Assembly (NCBI GenBank): GCA_964573405.1
Contig: CAZNJK010000004.1
Coordinates: 22-64,021, forward strand
Length of the DNA stretch: 64,000 nucleotides
Source of the DNA: an uncultured Christensenella sp.
GTDB taxonomy: Bacteria; Bacillota; Clostridia; Christensenellales; UBA1242
Direction of reading: 5' to 3'
The stretch's first letter is position 1. Every line of letters begins with the position of its first letter. Positions 28,794 through 43,700 of the stretch are shown here, piece by piece. A model generated the notes under the pieces. It made no database searches and was not told the origin of the DNA. It saw only the letters and a program-made list of their open reading frames with translations. A program made the position numbers and the translations under genes.

Positions 28794-31700
28794 TTATGGA
28801 ATTTGGATGTAAAAGCCTGTAAGTTTACCATCACTACGCCCAGTAAGTAACTTGTATGGAGTAGCAAATGAATCGTCACCAATACCAGCCGCATAAACTT
28901 GATTATTAATGCGATTCTTATTATTAGTACTAATAATATTAGCATTTTCTTGATTACATTTAATATTTATGCAGCAGTTTGTAAATGAACCCTGCCATTG
29001 TTGAAGGGTTGTGAAATTATTATAACTTAATTTTGTATAATCCCCAACATTTTTATTTGTAGTATTTCCAATCTTCTGAGATTGCGTCACAACCCCAGGG
29101 CAAGTACCCACAATCACTAACATGGAGTAGGTTCTCGCTGTTAGTCTTACCATCGAGTCTTCGTGTTCACTACCACCTTTATCATAACTTATTCTTTCAT
29201 ATATAATCTCTACTGCTTTAATATTGAATAGACTTGGCCACTCATCCACATTTCCCGAATTAATGTAATTTTTTATTTTCCTGATTGTATCTTCATGTGC
29301 AGATCCTGCAATAGCGCCCATACTATACTTTTGAGAAACTACATAATTCCTTGCTTCAACAAAATTACCGCTACTATTATTTGTTAATCCACCACTTATA
29401 TCAAATGTCTTGTCTGGGAATAATTTTTCCGCACTATAACACGAATCATAGCTATAACTATTATAATAATTACCAATATCGTAAATACCATCTAATTTCT
29501 CTGTTTCTATCACATTTCCAGAACCGTCCTTCCAAGCTGGTTGTACTCCATCTCCAGAGATTGTTGCATCCTGTCCAAGTTCAAACTCAATATCAGAAAA
29601 TTCAGTCACTTTCACATATCCAAATATGCCGCCAGCGCTATTGATAGAACCATTCAGCGTCATTGTTCCATTAAACGCCGTGGAGCCTCTTGGATCTCCA
29701 ATAATGTCGATAGGTGTACAGTACCCCACGATACCACCAATATATTCATATTTACAATTTCGACCAGAATTAGTTGTTATATTTGCATAACTCCCTAATT
29801 TCAAGCCTAATGTTGTACATCGTGCTTGGCCTACAATACCGCCAATCATTTGTCCAGTATCTTTTATGGAGATTGTTGGGGTAAAGGCCCCAGTAATAGT
29901 CACGTCGAGAGAAGAAGCAGCAGAATTAGAAATAACACCAACAACACCACCAACCCCATCAGTTGCGCTATAAGTACTACCTGTCGTAGCATTAATAATT
30001 TGGGGAGCGAATTGTTTAGTAGATTCTTCTTTTATTATTAATGTACCATCTCCATTAATAAAACCAAATGCTCCACCAACTGCCTTAATTGTAGAATTAA
30101 CAGTGATAGAAGAACTATTGTCGATATCAACTGTCAGATTAGAGCCCCCTGAATGTGTATAAATTCCACCAATCATACCAACTACTGAGGTCCCGCTTGA
30201 CACTGTAATCTGACAATTAACAATGCTCACATTTATGCTTCCTAGTTTCCCTGTCGATTCTGCAAACAACAATCCCACATAATTGTTACTGCTAGAAAGT
30301 GAAACACCGCTAAAGGTACAACTTCCGCTTATCGTACCGGTATTTATACCACCAATTGCTGGTTGGCCTAAACTACCGCCAGAGATTGAAATTCCAGTCA
30401 CTGAGCCTGAATTATTTTCGATGATTCCTTGCTCAAATCTACAATAAGTTGTACTTGTAAAGCTTACACTTCCACTATTAGTAGGAACAACCCAATTAGA
30501 CATTGTGCTTATACTACTAAATGTAATTCCTACGCTACCGCCCGCAGAGTTTTCACTTATAACACTACTGCTAATACTTCCCCCTGAAAGATTAATGCTA
30601 CTTATGGTGCCAGCATTCTTTTTAACAACCGGACATGTTATTGAGCCTCCGGTAAATGAGATATTCCCTATAGTATTAGTATTATTTTCTACAATTGAGC
30701 TGGACAAATTACAATTAGATGCAATATTACCTATAGTACCTTCATTATTAGTAACAATCATTGTCCCATTATTGTTAATATTAAGTATCTCCCCAGCACT
30801 TTCTCCTTTAATTGTACCTTGATTGGTTGTTACTGTAAATGTCGAGCTATTTATGGTATTTATCCCTACAGTTGAACCAGAATAAATAGTATCAATTTTT
30901 AATTCTGCAGAACCAACTAGTGATAACCCAGTTAACTCTGCATTGTACGTTAGCGTTTCACCATCAATTTTACCATGATTTACAATCTTTAATTTACCGC
31001 CCGAAATACTTGAATTCGACGTAATCTTTCCGGCATTATTGGTAATGGTTAACTCAGTTGAACTACCAGAGATTCCTGACAATTTTAAATTACCTTTATT
31101 TGTTGACATTTTTGTTGTACTTGACAATGTTAGGTCAATTGTAGAACCTACTTCATTATTTTCTGCAAATCCGCCAGTGCGACCGAATGTAACGCCATTC
31201 AAAGTCATTGTTGCGGTCGAATTGTTTGTATTATTTTTTACAACGAAAGTATCTTCACCAAATATTACATTTCGGCTTGTCGAGAATTCCGATGTCGCAC
31301 CTGTTGAACCAGATGTCCCATTTGAACATACGAATCCGCCAAGGTTTGATGAATTTTCACTATCTACAAAAAAGTTAACATTGCTACTTGATGCAGTGCT
31401 TGTAATTGTGCCCTTATTTTCATATACAAACCAGCCACGAATCATCAAGTTGGACATAAGTCCGATTTCAATTTTACCATTATTAGTTTCTATAAATTTT
31501 TCATTAATTATAACATTGTTATTATTACTAAAATTCTGGATTTGAATTGTTCCATTATTTTCTTTTATATGTCCTTCTACTGCCCTAACATTCTCCGTAG
31601 GATTACTAATATTTATGATTATTGTTTTTCCCGTGCCTACACTTTCGTTTGCATCTATCCAGTCGTTAAGTTCTTCTACGGTGGTGATTTCATAGCCGTC

Positions 31701-34700
31701 ACCGTAGTTTTTGGTAAGCAAAATTCCATTTGTGATGTATGGGAACTTGCTATTTACTCCGCCACGGCTATCAGTCCATAGATTGTTCTTTAGGTAGCCA
31801 TTCTCGCTCACCAATGATGTTATTGCAACACGACTATTTGCAGTGCCTGCTGGAGATTTTGATGAGCTATATGAAGCAACTTTTGAAATTGTGCCGACAT
31901 CTATGGTATTTACATACGCCATATTTGAGTTTGCTGTTTTAAGCTCGTAAGTAGTCGATATTGAAGTAAGTTTTAGCTGACCGGCGAAATAAGACCTACT
32001 TATGGTGCCGTTGTTTTTGTATGCCATAGCACCGAAGTTGACGGCACTTTGACTTGTAGAACCTTGCAAGTCGTTAGTAGAATAGCAGTTGATGATTTCG
32101 CCGTTATTTGTGCCTGTAAGGAAACTAATCGCATTAGTGCCTACAGTTATGCCAGTAGCAGAGATTAGGCTTCCTACCGCATAGATTCCGCCGTTGTTGG
32201 TGCCGATTGGAGCACTTGTTCCACTAAATGTATATGAACTGCCACTCGAACCGCTACCCGATATACCTACATTCATTAGGTAGCCGTTGTTGGTGCTTAA
32301 TACATATGCACCAGTATAACTTTGTGCTGGAACATTAAATATAATGTTTGAGATTGTGCCATTATTTGAGATTGTGTGACCTTGTAAGTTTAGGATTGCG
32401 CCTTGACCTGTTTGATCAGCAGATGTAAGCACTGCACCACTCTTTATGGTTAAATCTCCATCAAGTTTAGCCATATTTTCGGATGAACCGCTTATGATGT
32501 AATACTCTCCACTATCTATTGTTCCTGACAATCCTGAACCTTCACCTAATTTTGTTGGATTGTATTTGCTTCCATATAGCGTACTATATGTCAATCCACC
32601 GACCTTTGGTTGTACTACTCCTGATGTTCCTAAGTCTACAAGGCAATCACCAACATTCTCTAATTTGCCCGTTTTATTTACAAAGTTGTAGTACATCCAA
32701 GCAACACTATCATCGTCGTCGCTTGTTCGCATAAGGGCATTCAATGTTGAGTCGAATGCGGTTTTTGGTGAATGTTCTGCAATGTAGTGGGTATGGGTTA
32801 GCGTCAACTTATTGTAGTTGTTGGCTATGCCATTTACTTGGCTATAGTTGACCCCCGCACTATATGTAAATTTATTTATGAAGTTGCCCAAGGCTAGTGC
32901 GTAGGTCGCTTCAAGAGTTTTGTTGTTTAAGTCACCTACAAATCCGCCAGCACGGAAGTTTTTGGACGAATTTGCATTGACATAGTAGTTCATATCGCCG
33001 TATGTGATGACATTTGTAAGGGTTACTTTGCTCGAACTATTGTAGCCTATTGCACCACCCATAACGATTTTATTGTTGAATTCTGCTTGGCCATTACCAT
33101 CTGTACCTACCGCAGTTACAGTCAAGTCTCGAAGTGTAACTGACTGAACTATGGTCAAGCCTGCCGACATACCTACGAATCCGCCGACATAGGTTGTGGA
33201 CTTACTGCTCGTAGTTTCGGCTGAAGCAGAAATCGCGTTGTATGCCACATCTACTTTTACTGGACAATCGATTACGCATTTCAAAAGCTTTAGTCCTGCA
33301 GTGCTTGTTTTTCTGCCTATAAATCCGCCTACGTTGTGGCTTGTTGTGGTGCCTTTGAAGGTAGCCTTTATTCCGATTGAGTCAATGTTGATATTTGTAA
33401 ACGAAGATTCTAGCCTATCGCCTTCCGCAAGGCCTATAATTCCAACATTCGCATTAGTAACTGTTGTAATTCTGTTATAACTTGATCTGATACTTGTTTC
33501 TTCGTTTTCGTCACCCATTGAAATTCCGTCGGTGTAGCCTATAGTTCCCGCATTGACTAGGCCACTGCCAGCCGATATATTGTAATTATATGTCGATTGA
33601 ATGTCTATAGTGCCCAAATTCGAAGTGCCTTGGATTTTGCCGGCAAATGAGCCTAGGTTGTAGTTGCCCGCACCGATTTTGGTTGCATTTACTGTAAAGT
33701 TGTTATAAATGAAATCATCGCAGTCTTTAACATTATTCAAGGTGCTATTGTGCACGTGTCCGAATACTCTTCCGAAGTTGTGCGTATATAAGTCATTTTG
33801 ATTAACTCCCGTCAATGTTACCTTCCTTACGTTGATGTTAAGGGGGGTTGTAGGCATTACAAATACCGACTGGAACACATAACTTGCGACTGCGCCAAAG
33901 TTGATAAGGTTGCCGTTGTCGTTTACTGTGATGTTGGAACTCGTAGGGTCAGAGCTTCCCACATTGAAAGTACAGCCAACAAAGGTCGAGTTTGACGCAA
34001 GTCCCATTATCAAACCAAAGCTAGTAACACCATCGTCATTACCTGTCATCGTTTGTGGAGTAATTGATGTTGGTGCCGTAACAACAAAGTGACAATTGTT
34101 AAACGACGAACTTTGGATAACGCTTGCAAAACTTCCATAGTAATTGTCCGCATTGCTAGTGCTTAATGTTGCATTAGTAATAGTAATGTTGAATGTGATA
34201 TTTGTAAATGAACAACCCATAATCAAGTTGAATAGATTACTATATCCCGTACTTGAATCAATTGTGAAGTTGATTATTACTGGATGGTCAGAACTAGCGT
34301 AATATGTGTTGTTGGTTAGTGTAATTCTATTTTGACCATTTACAGTGCTAGTAAATTCGTATTCATCAGTACCTGTAGCACCCTTATTCTCCACAAATCT
34401 ATACATCATATCGGATTTTCCCGATAGCAACACTGTATCGAGAGTGTCATTTGAGTCAATCTGGATAAGGGTCGAATTTGAATTGTAGCCGTATTTTGCA
34501 AGATAATACTCTGCTTCAACATACCACACGAACGACGCTTTAACGCCATCTTCAGTCAATCTATTGCCTAGAGATTCCGTTCCTGCCTTTACAACATTCA
34601 AATATATATCTGTAAGATAAATTCCATCGTTAATTGGAACTGGTGAGCCAGCATAGGTAGGATTACTATAACTATCTCCTTTCTCGATTTTATACACATA

Positions 34701-37700
34701 GCCATAGTAGGTTGTAAATTCGTTTCGATAATACTTATTGCCGTAATTTTCACTTGTGTCAATATTGATGAAGAAATCACCTGTAATGTACGACACGTAG
34801 TATTGATTACCAAACATTGGATTAAAGTTTTCGTAACTATGGTTGTCGTATTTTTCGCTATTTTCCGTCGCATCATATACTGTCGTGAAGTGACTCAAAT
34901 ACACCTTATCGTCCTTAATCGTGCTAAGATAATTGCCTTCCGCAATGCTTCCTTCGTGTTTAACATTGCCGTAAGTCGAACTTATGACGTTGAAGTTTTT
35001 GCTATTGTAATATGTGTAGTATTCTTCGGTTGTTGCTCCATCATCAGACGCTACTATATTGGTTCTGCCTACGATATCTTCTAGTTCATCACCACTACTT
35101 ATTGCTCCCATATCGTCATAGAATGTAATCTGACTCATTGTTTCTGTTTTGCCTGCACCATTCTTGGTGTATCTGCCCACTACTGAGCCGATATATGTAA
35201 ATCTCTCGTATGATGCAAAACCGCTGAAATTAGGGTCGATCTTGATAGTAATTCGTTTTTCGGAATAATCCTTTTTATCCGTATCACTACCTTCTTTAAA
35301 TATCGCGCCTAATGTGACTGTTTTTGCAACTTGCTGGTTGCCAAGTTCGGGCATACTGTTAAACTCGCCTATTTGTTCAAATGCGTCAGGGTTAGCACTT
35401 GGGGTAAGTGTTTCAGCAGTACCGCTAGTGCCAGTGTAAGTATACTTGTATGCTTTTTCATTGACTGATAGCAAGTCTTTAATGCTACTCGACCATATAT
35501 TTACGCCAAATACATTGTACAAATTTAGGTTGTAATCGGATGCGGTATTGTAATAATACCCAACCACACCGCCGACAATATTTTTGCCTAGTACATTGCC
35601 GATTGTGTATACAAACGCCAAGTAGTTGGAGCCGGTCACACGACCAGCGATTCCGCCGGCGATAAATGAGTTGCTATTCTCAACATTTGCCTTGCTTGAA
35701 CTATCGACAATCCACGAACTATGCATATTGCCCACTATTCCACCAATTGCAACATTGTGTTTTGCTTCAATTTTGCTATCGGTGTCGCCTGCGCCTTTCC
35801 AGAACAGACGCTCAGAACTTACATCGCTTGATGTGAATTTCTCATTGTTGATTTTCTTGTCTATCTCGTTTTGGACTTCTTCCAAGTGAGCCACATTTAC
35901 TTCTCTAAAGTATGCATTTTGTGACTGACCTACTATTCCGCCCGCATACGCATAGCCGAATATGAATTGGTCAACATCATCGTCAAGAACAAACTTAAGA
36001 TTGGATGCAAACGACCTTGTATTAGATTTCGTAGTCGTTGTAGTAGTTGTTGTTGTAGTCGTAATATCAATTGTTGGTTCTTCGCCACCAGTACCCATAT
36101 ATCCTGCAATACCGCCCGATATATCGGATTGGATATTTACCATCCCGCTGACTTGAAGGTCCGATACATACTCATATTCGACGCTCTTTCTAAGTTCGTT
36201 ATATGAATAGTAGTTATCTATATTACTTAAATATTTATTATATATCATTGCTTCTGAACTAGTTGCTGGGTCACCCCCAGGGGCTGTAACAGTAGTCGTT
36301 CCTGTTTGAGCAATTACTGTATCCATAACAATCGCACCAGCAATTGAACCCGCATACGATAGGTCGTTAAGATTTGTAATATTTGAATATACTATATGGC
36401 GGCCTTCTTTCCATTCCATATTAAGAGTAACCGAATATGTGTCTTCTTGTCCTATGCTCGTTTTACTTGCCTTAAACTTGGTGTATGATTGGTCGGTAGG
36501 CAATTTGTCTTGTTCCAAGTTGTTTAGTTTGTTTGTACTTGAAATAACCGATACATTGTTTACTGTAATTTCACTTATTTTCGTGCTTCCGTTATATCCA
36601 TATATATAGCCCGCTAATGCACCTGTTAAGTTTTTACCTTGAATCTTGTAATTAGTGCTCGAACTGTTTACGCCCGATATATCTACTTTATTAACAACCG
36701 CGTTACTGATTGTCCCTGCTAGTAGACCTACTTTATTTGCGTCGCTATTACTCAATTCTTTGTAGTTAAGTTCGATGTTAAACACTTGTGCTGTTGCCAT
36801 ATCTGACAAGTTGATGCCAGACTTACTTAGAAGTAGACGATTGTAATCGTTAACACCGACTTCGTTAAATATTCCGTAGTTTTCGCGAGTTTCGGTTGAG
36901 TTAAGAACAATGTTGTCAATTGCCATAGAGTTACCTATAAGCACACCATTGAATATAACATCATTAATTGTAATCTTCGCCGTGCTGTTATTTACTTCAT
37001 ATTTTGAAGCAATATTGATGTCTGCCGTATTGTTATCATCCGTGCCATCATTTTGGAATGATATGTTATTTGCAACATGGATATATCTTGCATATGCCCC
37101 GTCGCCGTCATTCTCAGTCAAGCCAAATACATACAATCTCTTAGTTGTTCCATTGTCATCAACCAAATACTCATTAGTATTATTTACTATGTTTTTGGCA
37201 AATTCTAATGGGTTTGTGACAATAATTGGGTTGTATTTGGTTCCCAAGTTGTTTTTCACATATGTGTAAGTATATGTTGAATTTCCACCATAAGAGAATG
37301 TCTTTTTGCTTGTTCCAGGCTCTTCAGACAATGTAACTATACTAAATCCGTCATTAGTAACCATTGAGTATTTCTCTGAATATGTCGTTGAACCTGTTGC
37401 AACTTGATACTTATCAACAATAGTAATAAACTCAAAGCCTAAGTAATTGAAGCTAAGGTTTTTGATATGGTGTATTGTTGAATCAATGTCTACTTTAAAG
37501 CCACTTCCAGTATCATTATAATACCACTTGTATGTTTTGCTCTTATACTCAAACTCAATATAAGAATCATTCTCTGTCGTTCCAATATGTAGGGTTGTTT
37601 CCATTTTGGTAGAAGAATTAACTTCGGTAATTATATTTCCAACGACTTCAAATAAGTAATTGCCGTCGCCGAAGTACCACACATTAGTCTTCTCTTCCAA

Positions 37701-40700
37701 TGAATTTTTCGAGTCCAACTCTTTTCTACGCCCGCCATCATTTTGATAAACTACCACTCCAAGGTCTGTTGAAGTCGTATCTAATTCGAAGTATGTTTTT
37801 GATATATTGACTAGACTACGAGCGGAATAGTAATCCACATTTTCCGCGTACGCTAGTTCTGGGAATGTTTCGCCAGTGCCAAAGTACCATACTCCATCAA
37901 AATCATTTTTTCTACTTGCAAAGTTAAATCCATCGAATAGGCTCTTTTCCGCCGTGCCACTAGCACCTAAGATTATGGCATTTGCTGGGTCTAGACTCTT
38001 TAGAATTTCGACATCATCAGACTTGATGTTGTCACCAAGTTCGTCGCCATATATTAGATAATAGCAGTTTTCGATTGTGCCATATGATGTTTTGTCATAT
38101 ACAAACATCTTATGGGAGTCGGTGTTGCCTAGTCCCGCTTCAATTTTTGTGTTTTTGCTTGTTGTGTAGGAATTCTTAATATTCCCGTTTGCATTTGAAT
38201 ATACAAAGCCCGCTGTTTCAACATTTTGGTTGTTGATTTGGATATTTGTATAAGCATCTTCAATTGTGCCCGAATTTGAATATGCAAATCCGCCAGTAAT
38301 AGACGAACTAGTAATTACGGTGTCTTCCGACCTAAACTCCTTGATGCTGTTAGTAGTAACTGCCGAAGAATATATTCTGCCGGAGTTATTTATAACAAAG
38401 CCTGCGGTAGAACTATTGTCGCTAACCCTTGCGTCATTGACAATGCTTATGCCTTTAATATAGCTATTTGTTATTACTCCACTGTTGCTCCATACAAATC
38501 CGCCAACATTGTTGCAAGATTCAATTTTGAAAGGATTAACTGTAGAATATATATTTGTACAGTCGTTACTGCCATCGTTCTTTCGTTCGGTCCTTTCGAC
38601 TTTACTATTTGAATTTACGCCTATATAACTATTGGTGATGGTACCCGAGTTGATTGCAACTAGGCCACCAATGTTGCCTTGGCTCATAATTTTGTCTTCG
38701 TCATAACTGAAGTAATTTCTAGTAACCGCAACATATAGTGTGTTGCCCGAATTTCTAGAATTTAGATTGACAACTTTTGCATTTATAATTGTGCCTAAGT
38801 TTTCTCCTGCGACTATTCCGAAATACACTGTTGGTGTTTCTCTTAGGTCGATGTTAGGAGTTGTTTTGTCGTTTTTAACCGACGATAATGTTGTGTCGTT
38901 GTAAAGAAGATTCGACACATCAATAGTAAGATTTTTAAGTATGCTTCCTTCCGCTACGGTCTTAAATATTCCGGCATATGCTTCTTCCTTGCCTTTTAAA
39001 TCGGACATATCGAAAGATTTTAATATGATTGTATATCCATTTCCGTCAAGATATGTTGAATTGAAGTCCATAGGCTTCCACGCGTTAAGCGTGATGTCCG
39101 ATTGCAAAATGTAATTGGCATCTTTTTCCATTGCCCTCAAATCTTCAGCAGTATATATAGGAATTGGATGGTCTTCGTTGGAATTGTCCTTAATTTCAAT
39201 TTTGAACTCATAATCATATGCAAATATTTTTATGTTGTCCGAGCCAAGCAAAGATTTAAGTTCGGCTTCAGATGAGCCAATCACAATGCACCCATCAGAA
39301 TTGTAAGTGTAATAGAAGCCTAATTTAAATTGTACTGTGCTTATTTGAATAGCGCTAATTCTATAATAAGGTTCATCCGCACCATCATATCGCGAGAATG
39401 TGAATATGTTGTATGACATTTCTCTCAAAAGCGTATATCCTGAGCCCAAATTATAATACCAGTGGATTGTGTCGTTGCCACTTCCACGACCCGCAATCTG
39501 ATTTTGAATAGATTGTAGATATTCGCTTAAGGTCAACCCGTTTATGTCTTCACGGTTAGTAGCCATATTTGCTACTATTTCTTCGATTTCTGCGGTCGAC
39601 TTATTTGTGGACATACTTGTGTGTAGACCTTTATACATACCTGTTTTTAATGTAATTGTGCCCGATATTACATCCGGCTCAACCACACTTTCAAGCAATA
39701 GCCATACTACTTGAACTGTCACTTTGGATGTAGCACTAATTTTTTGACCATTAATCGTATTTGTAGCAGTTAATTTTAGAGTAATTTCGCCTATATAATT
39801 CTTATAAAGAGAGCCATCAGAGTATGTATGAATATAGTACTGGGTATTGTTATTGTAAGATGTATTGATGTTAGTAACTTCTGTATATGTCCCATTACTA
39901 TCACGAGTATATATTTCACTTCCTGTTAAGGTTAAAGTTCCATAATTCTTTGCACTGATTTCTAGTGGAACATATTCATCCACGCCTTTTATTACACTAG
40001 ACGAGCCGTCTATGGTAATAGATGCGTGTGGAATTGCTTCGGTCTTTAAATTGATTGTATAACTTAAGATTTTGTTTCTATTGGCATCAAAAGCAGAAAT
40101 TGTAATAGGAATAATAACATTTTCTGGGCAATTGCTACTTAAGTGTAGAGCCACATAATATTCGTTGAAGTACCATTCTTTATATGGATCTCCTCCTGAT
40201 GCACCTGAATATTCTTCATAATAAGGTGTTTCCCACAATACAAATGTGTTGTTTACATTAATATTGTCGCCTAGACTAGTATTTTTTAGGGTCTTAAAGA
40301 ACCCATATGTATTAAGCACATCCTTGCTTGCTTTTGAAGGAATAATTTGTCTAAAGTTAACCATTCCCGTGTATTTGCTATCAAATTGGACTTGAAGAAT
40401 AAGTGTGTTGTTGTACTTTGGATTTGTTTCAATCTTAAGCAATCCATACTCTCCAACCGGTAACGAATTGATATCATATATTTGATTAAGCGAATATCCC
40501 ACAATGTCGTTAACATTGCTTGATACATTTTCCCATCTATCATATGTTGAAAGATATGGGTAGAACTTTGCACCAAGTCTAGTTGCTTTTACTGGATTGA
40601 TTGTTAGGCTGTATGTGGAATTGATTGCGTCGCTAGACGGTGTTCCTAAGCTGTTGCAATGCGACTGCGGATATGCCACAATTCGATAACTTACGCTATT

Positions 40701-43700
40701 TGCTATTGCATTATAGCCTGTGCTTTCCGTTCTTTCTTGATATATTTTGCTATTCATATAGAATGCCAAGGTAAACGAGTGCTTATACAAACTTACGCCA
40801 TTTATATTCTCAAGTTTGTGCTCAATACCCTTAACTCTATATCGAAGTAATGATGTACTAACATCTACAATATCGCCAACTTGATAGTTTGTAACACCTA
40901 TATTGTGCGATACTTCTGCGCTTAAATCTGTGCCCGTAATTTTAATCCATAGCGTTTCATCTGCGTCATTACTATAGAAAGTAACAGTCACCGCTTTTTC
41001 TTCTTCTGGAAGTTGTTCGCTGGATGTTTCCATAAAGGCAATATTTTCCGCTTTGGTGTTGATATTTATCTCCAATGTCTTATTAAGGGACTCAATATAT
41101 ACTTTTTCGCCACCTATAATTACATATGGCATAACTTTAAATGTCATTGTCCCAACACTGCCCCTATTTACTGCGACAAAGTTAAGGACCGAACCATCAA
41201 AATTAAATTCCTTACTATCATTCTTGAACAATTCAGTATTGATTGTTTGTCTATTAATTATGATTGAAGAATAATTCCCGCCCCAAAAACCATTGTCCTT
41301 TTCGTCAATCTTGGTTACGGTTAATTTAAATCCGCCTTTATTTGCTTCATAATTACGACCATCTATTTCGTTTATGAATGAGAATACCGCATCGGTTGAT
41401 TCTTCAGCACCAACAAGCAAATCAATGTTTTGTGTACTATTTGTTTCAGAATTTATAGTGAAGTTGGTGAAACCTTTAATAACATATATTGTTAATGTGG
41501 CTTTAATGCTATCATCCTTCATATTGTAGAAGTTAATTTCTGCCACGCCTTCGCCTTGGGTTGTTAATTTAAACTTATTGTCACCATCGCGCTCAATTGT
41601 TACAACGCCGGTGTCAGAACTTGTAATATATAAACTAAGGTCCGAACTAACTTCAACATAATCTAATGTTATTTGTTCGCCGTCTAATTGTGCTACATAT
41701 ACCCCACCTTCTTCGCCGTAGGTTATGTAATAATCGTTAGCTTTATTGACATTGTTATTATCCAATGGCTTGCTATACATCAATGCAATTGTTGTATCGT
41801 TAACTTTTATGTGTCCATGTGGATTAAGTGTATCTTCACTTATGTAGTCATTACTGGTTGTGTTTTGCTTAAAATCAAGTGCTTTTACTGAAAGGTTGAT
41901 TAGTTCATCGTAATATAGTTTATAATTTGTCTCAAAATTATTAGGACTCAATGCTGGCGTATTAGTTGTATCACCATAACAGCCATTTGAATTAGCAAAC
42001 ACGTTGGTTGGCAAACCACTATTTACATTTCCGTCAATCACCCATTTAGCCAATGAATCATCTGTAAATGATATGGTGGCTCTGCCAATTACATTGTAAG
42101 TGTAAAGTTTCTCTACTTGAACAATTGTTGTTGCCTGTATAGGGTTGCCATCGGAGTCAAGTTTGTTACTGCCATCGGCTTCCTTTTCATATACGGGGTT
42201 TCCGTCAGAGTCAACAACTTTTTCATATACAAAGTTCCCGTCAGCATCAACATAATTTTCTTTATATTTAAGTGTAATTTTATCAATTGTGTAATCGCTA
42301 TAGTCTTTACTTAGCACATAAAGTTGATTATTTTTAATGTAAAGATAAGCGTCGACTAAAGCATTGCCGGTTTCAGTGCTATATGCCTCATTTATCTTAG
42401 TTTTTAGGGCTTCAATATATCCTGTAGCAGTAGAAGTGGAAACATCAAAAGATTCTATAGTAATGGTTGTCCCCAAAATAGTTATTGTGAATGTATCATT
42501 CGTTAATACATCTTTTGACTCACTATTTACAAAATTAAAGCCATCAAATACATCTTTACTATTTGTTTTTGAATATAGATTCTTGAAATTGTCGGTGTTT
42601 AATTCAACATCCCTACTTGCAACTTCAAGTTGTTGATTTATAAAGCACTTGCCACTGGCTTCAGTACCATCTTGATTATACACCTTACCATTTTCGACAT
42701 CCACTTTATATTTCTCGTCAGCTGTAATATATTCTTTCGTCTCATCATCATAAGTAAATGTATTATTATAATCTTCAACAATTATACTAACAGGACCCAA
42801 CAGATAAATAGTGCCATTAATATTATAATCAGTATAGCCATCAGTCTCACTAGATTCTGACGCATCGATTTTTTTAACTGCAGATGGAACATTAAGAATA
42901 TAATTCTTCGCACTATAATTAGCCACTTCGGTTGTTGTGTTAAAACTACCTGAAACAGCACCAGTCTTAACAGTAAGGCCATCTAGACCATCAAAAGTTG
43001 TAACAAATACGACATCAAAATCACCACTATCAGCCTTGTATGCTACTGTTGTACCTGCATACTCTTTGACTAAAGTAAGGTTATTGTTATTTGTTTTTCC
43101 CAGTTGCTCAGTTGAACATTGTTGAGAAATCCGAGCAATAATATCACCACTACTTGAACTCATACTTGAACTGAAGTTTGTAAGGTAATTCTTTATATCA
43201 TCAAGAGTCGATTCTGATGATAATGTTGTATGTGAAGATGTTGTGATATCTATAGATTCCAAATATTTAGCCGAATACTCAAGTTTATATGTTTTATCAT
43301 TAATACTATTACCAATCGTCGCAAAATTGCTAGCGCCTGAACTGTAATTAACTGATGACAAGCCCAAGCCCAACAATTGTTCTTTTACATCGTCAGATAG
43401 AGTCGTAATGTCATTTTCTAAATCCTTATCACTACTCATCAAATATTCTTTATATTCTTGACCATTAGATGTATTCTCAAGTACTTCTTTTTTGCCCAAC
43501 ATTCTAAGCTTGTTGTCACTGGTCCTATAAATTACAAGGGTAATTTTTTCAAGTTTGTCGGAATATGTTTTGTATGAGTAAGTTGTGGATGGTATAGCAG
43601 TTTCTTTGTTAGTATCTATACCAAACATATTGTTATTTGTAAACGAATAGAATCTAGTAAGATTTAGAGAAGTATAGTGTGCTGTATAAGTAACCACAGC

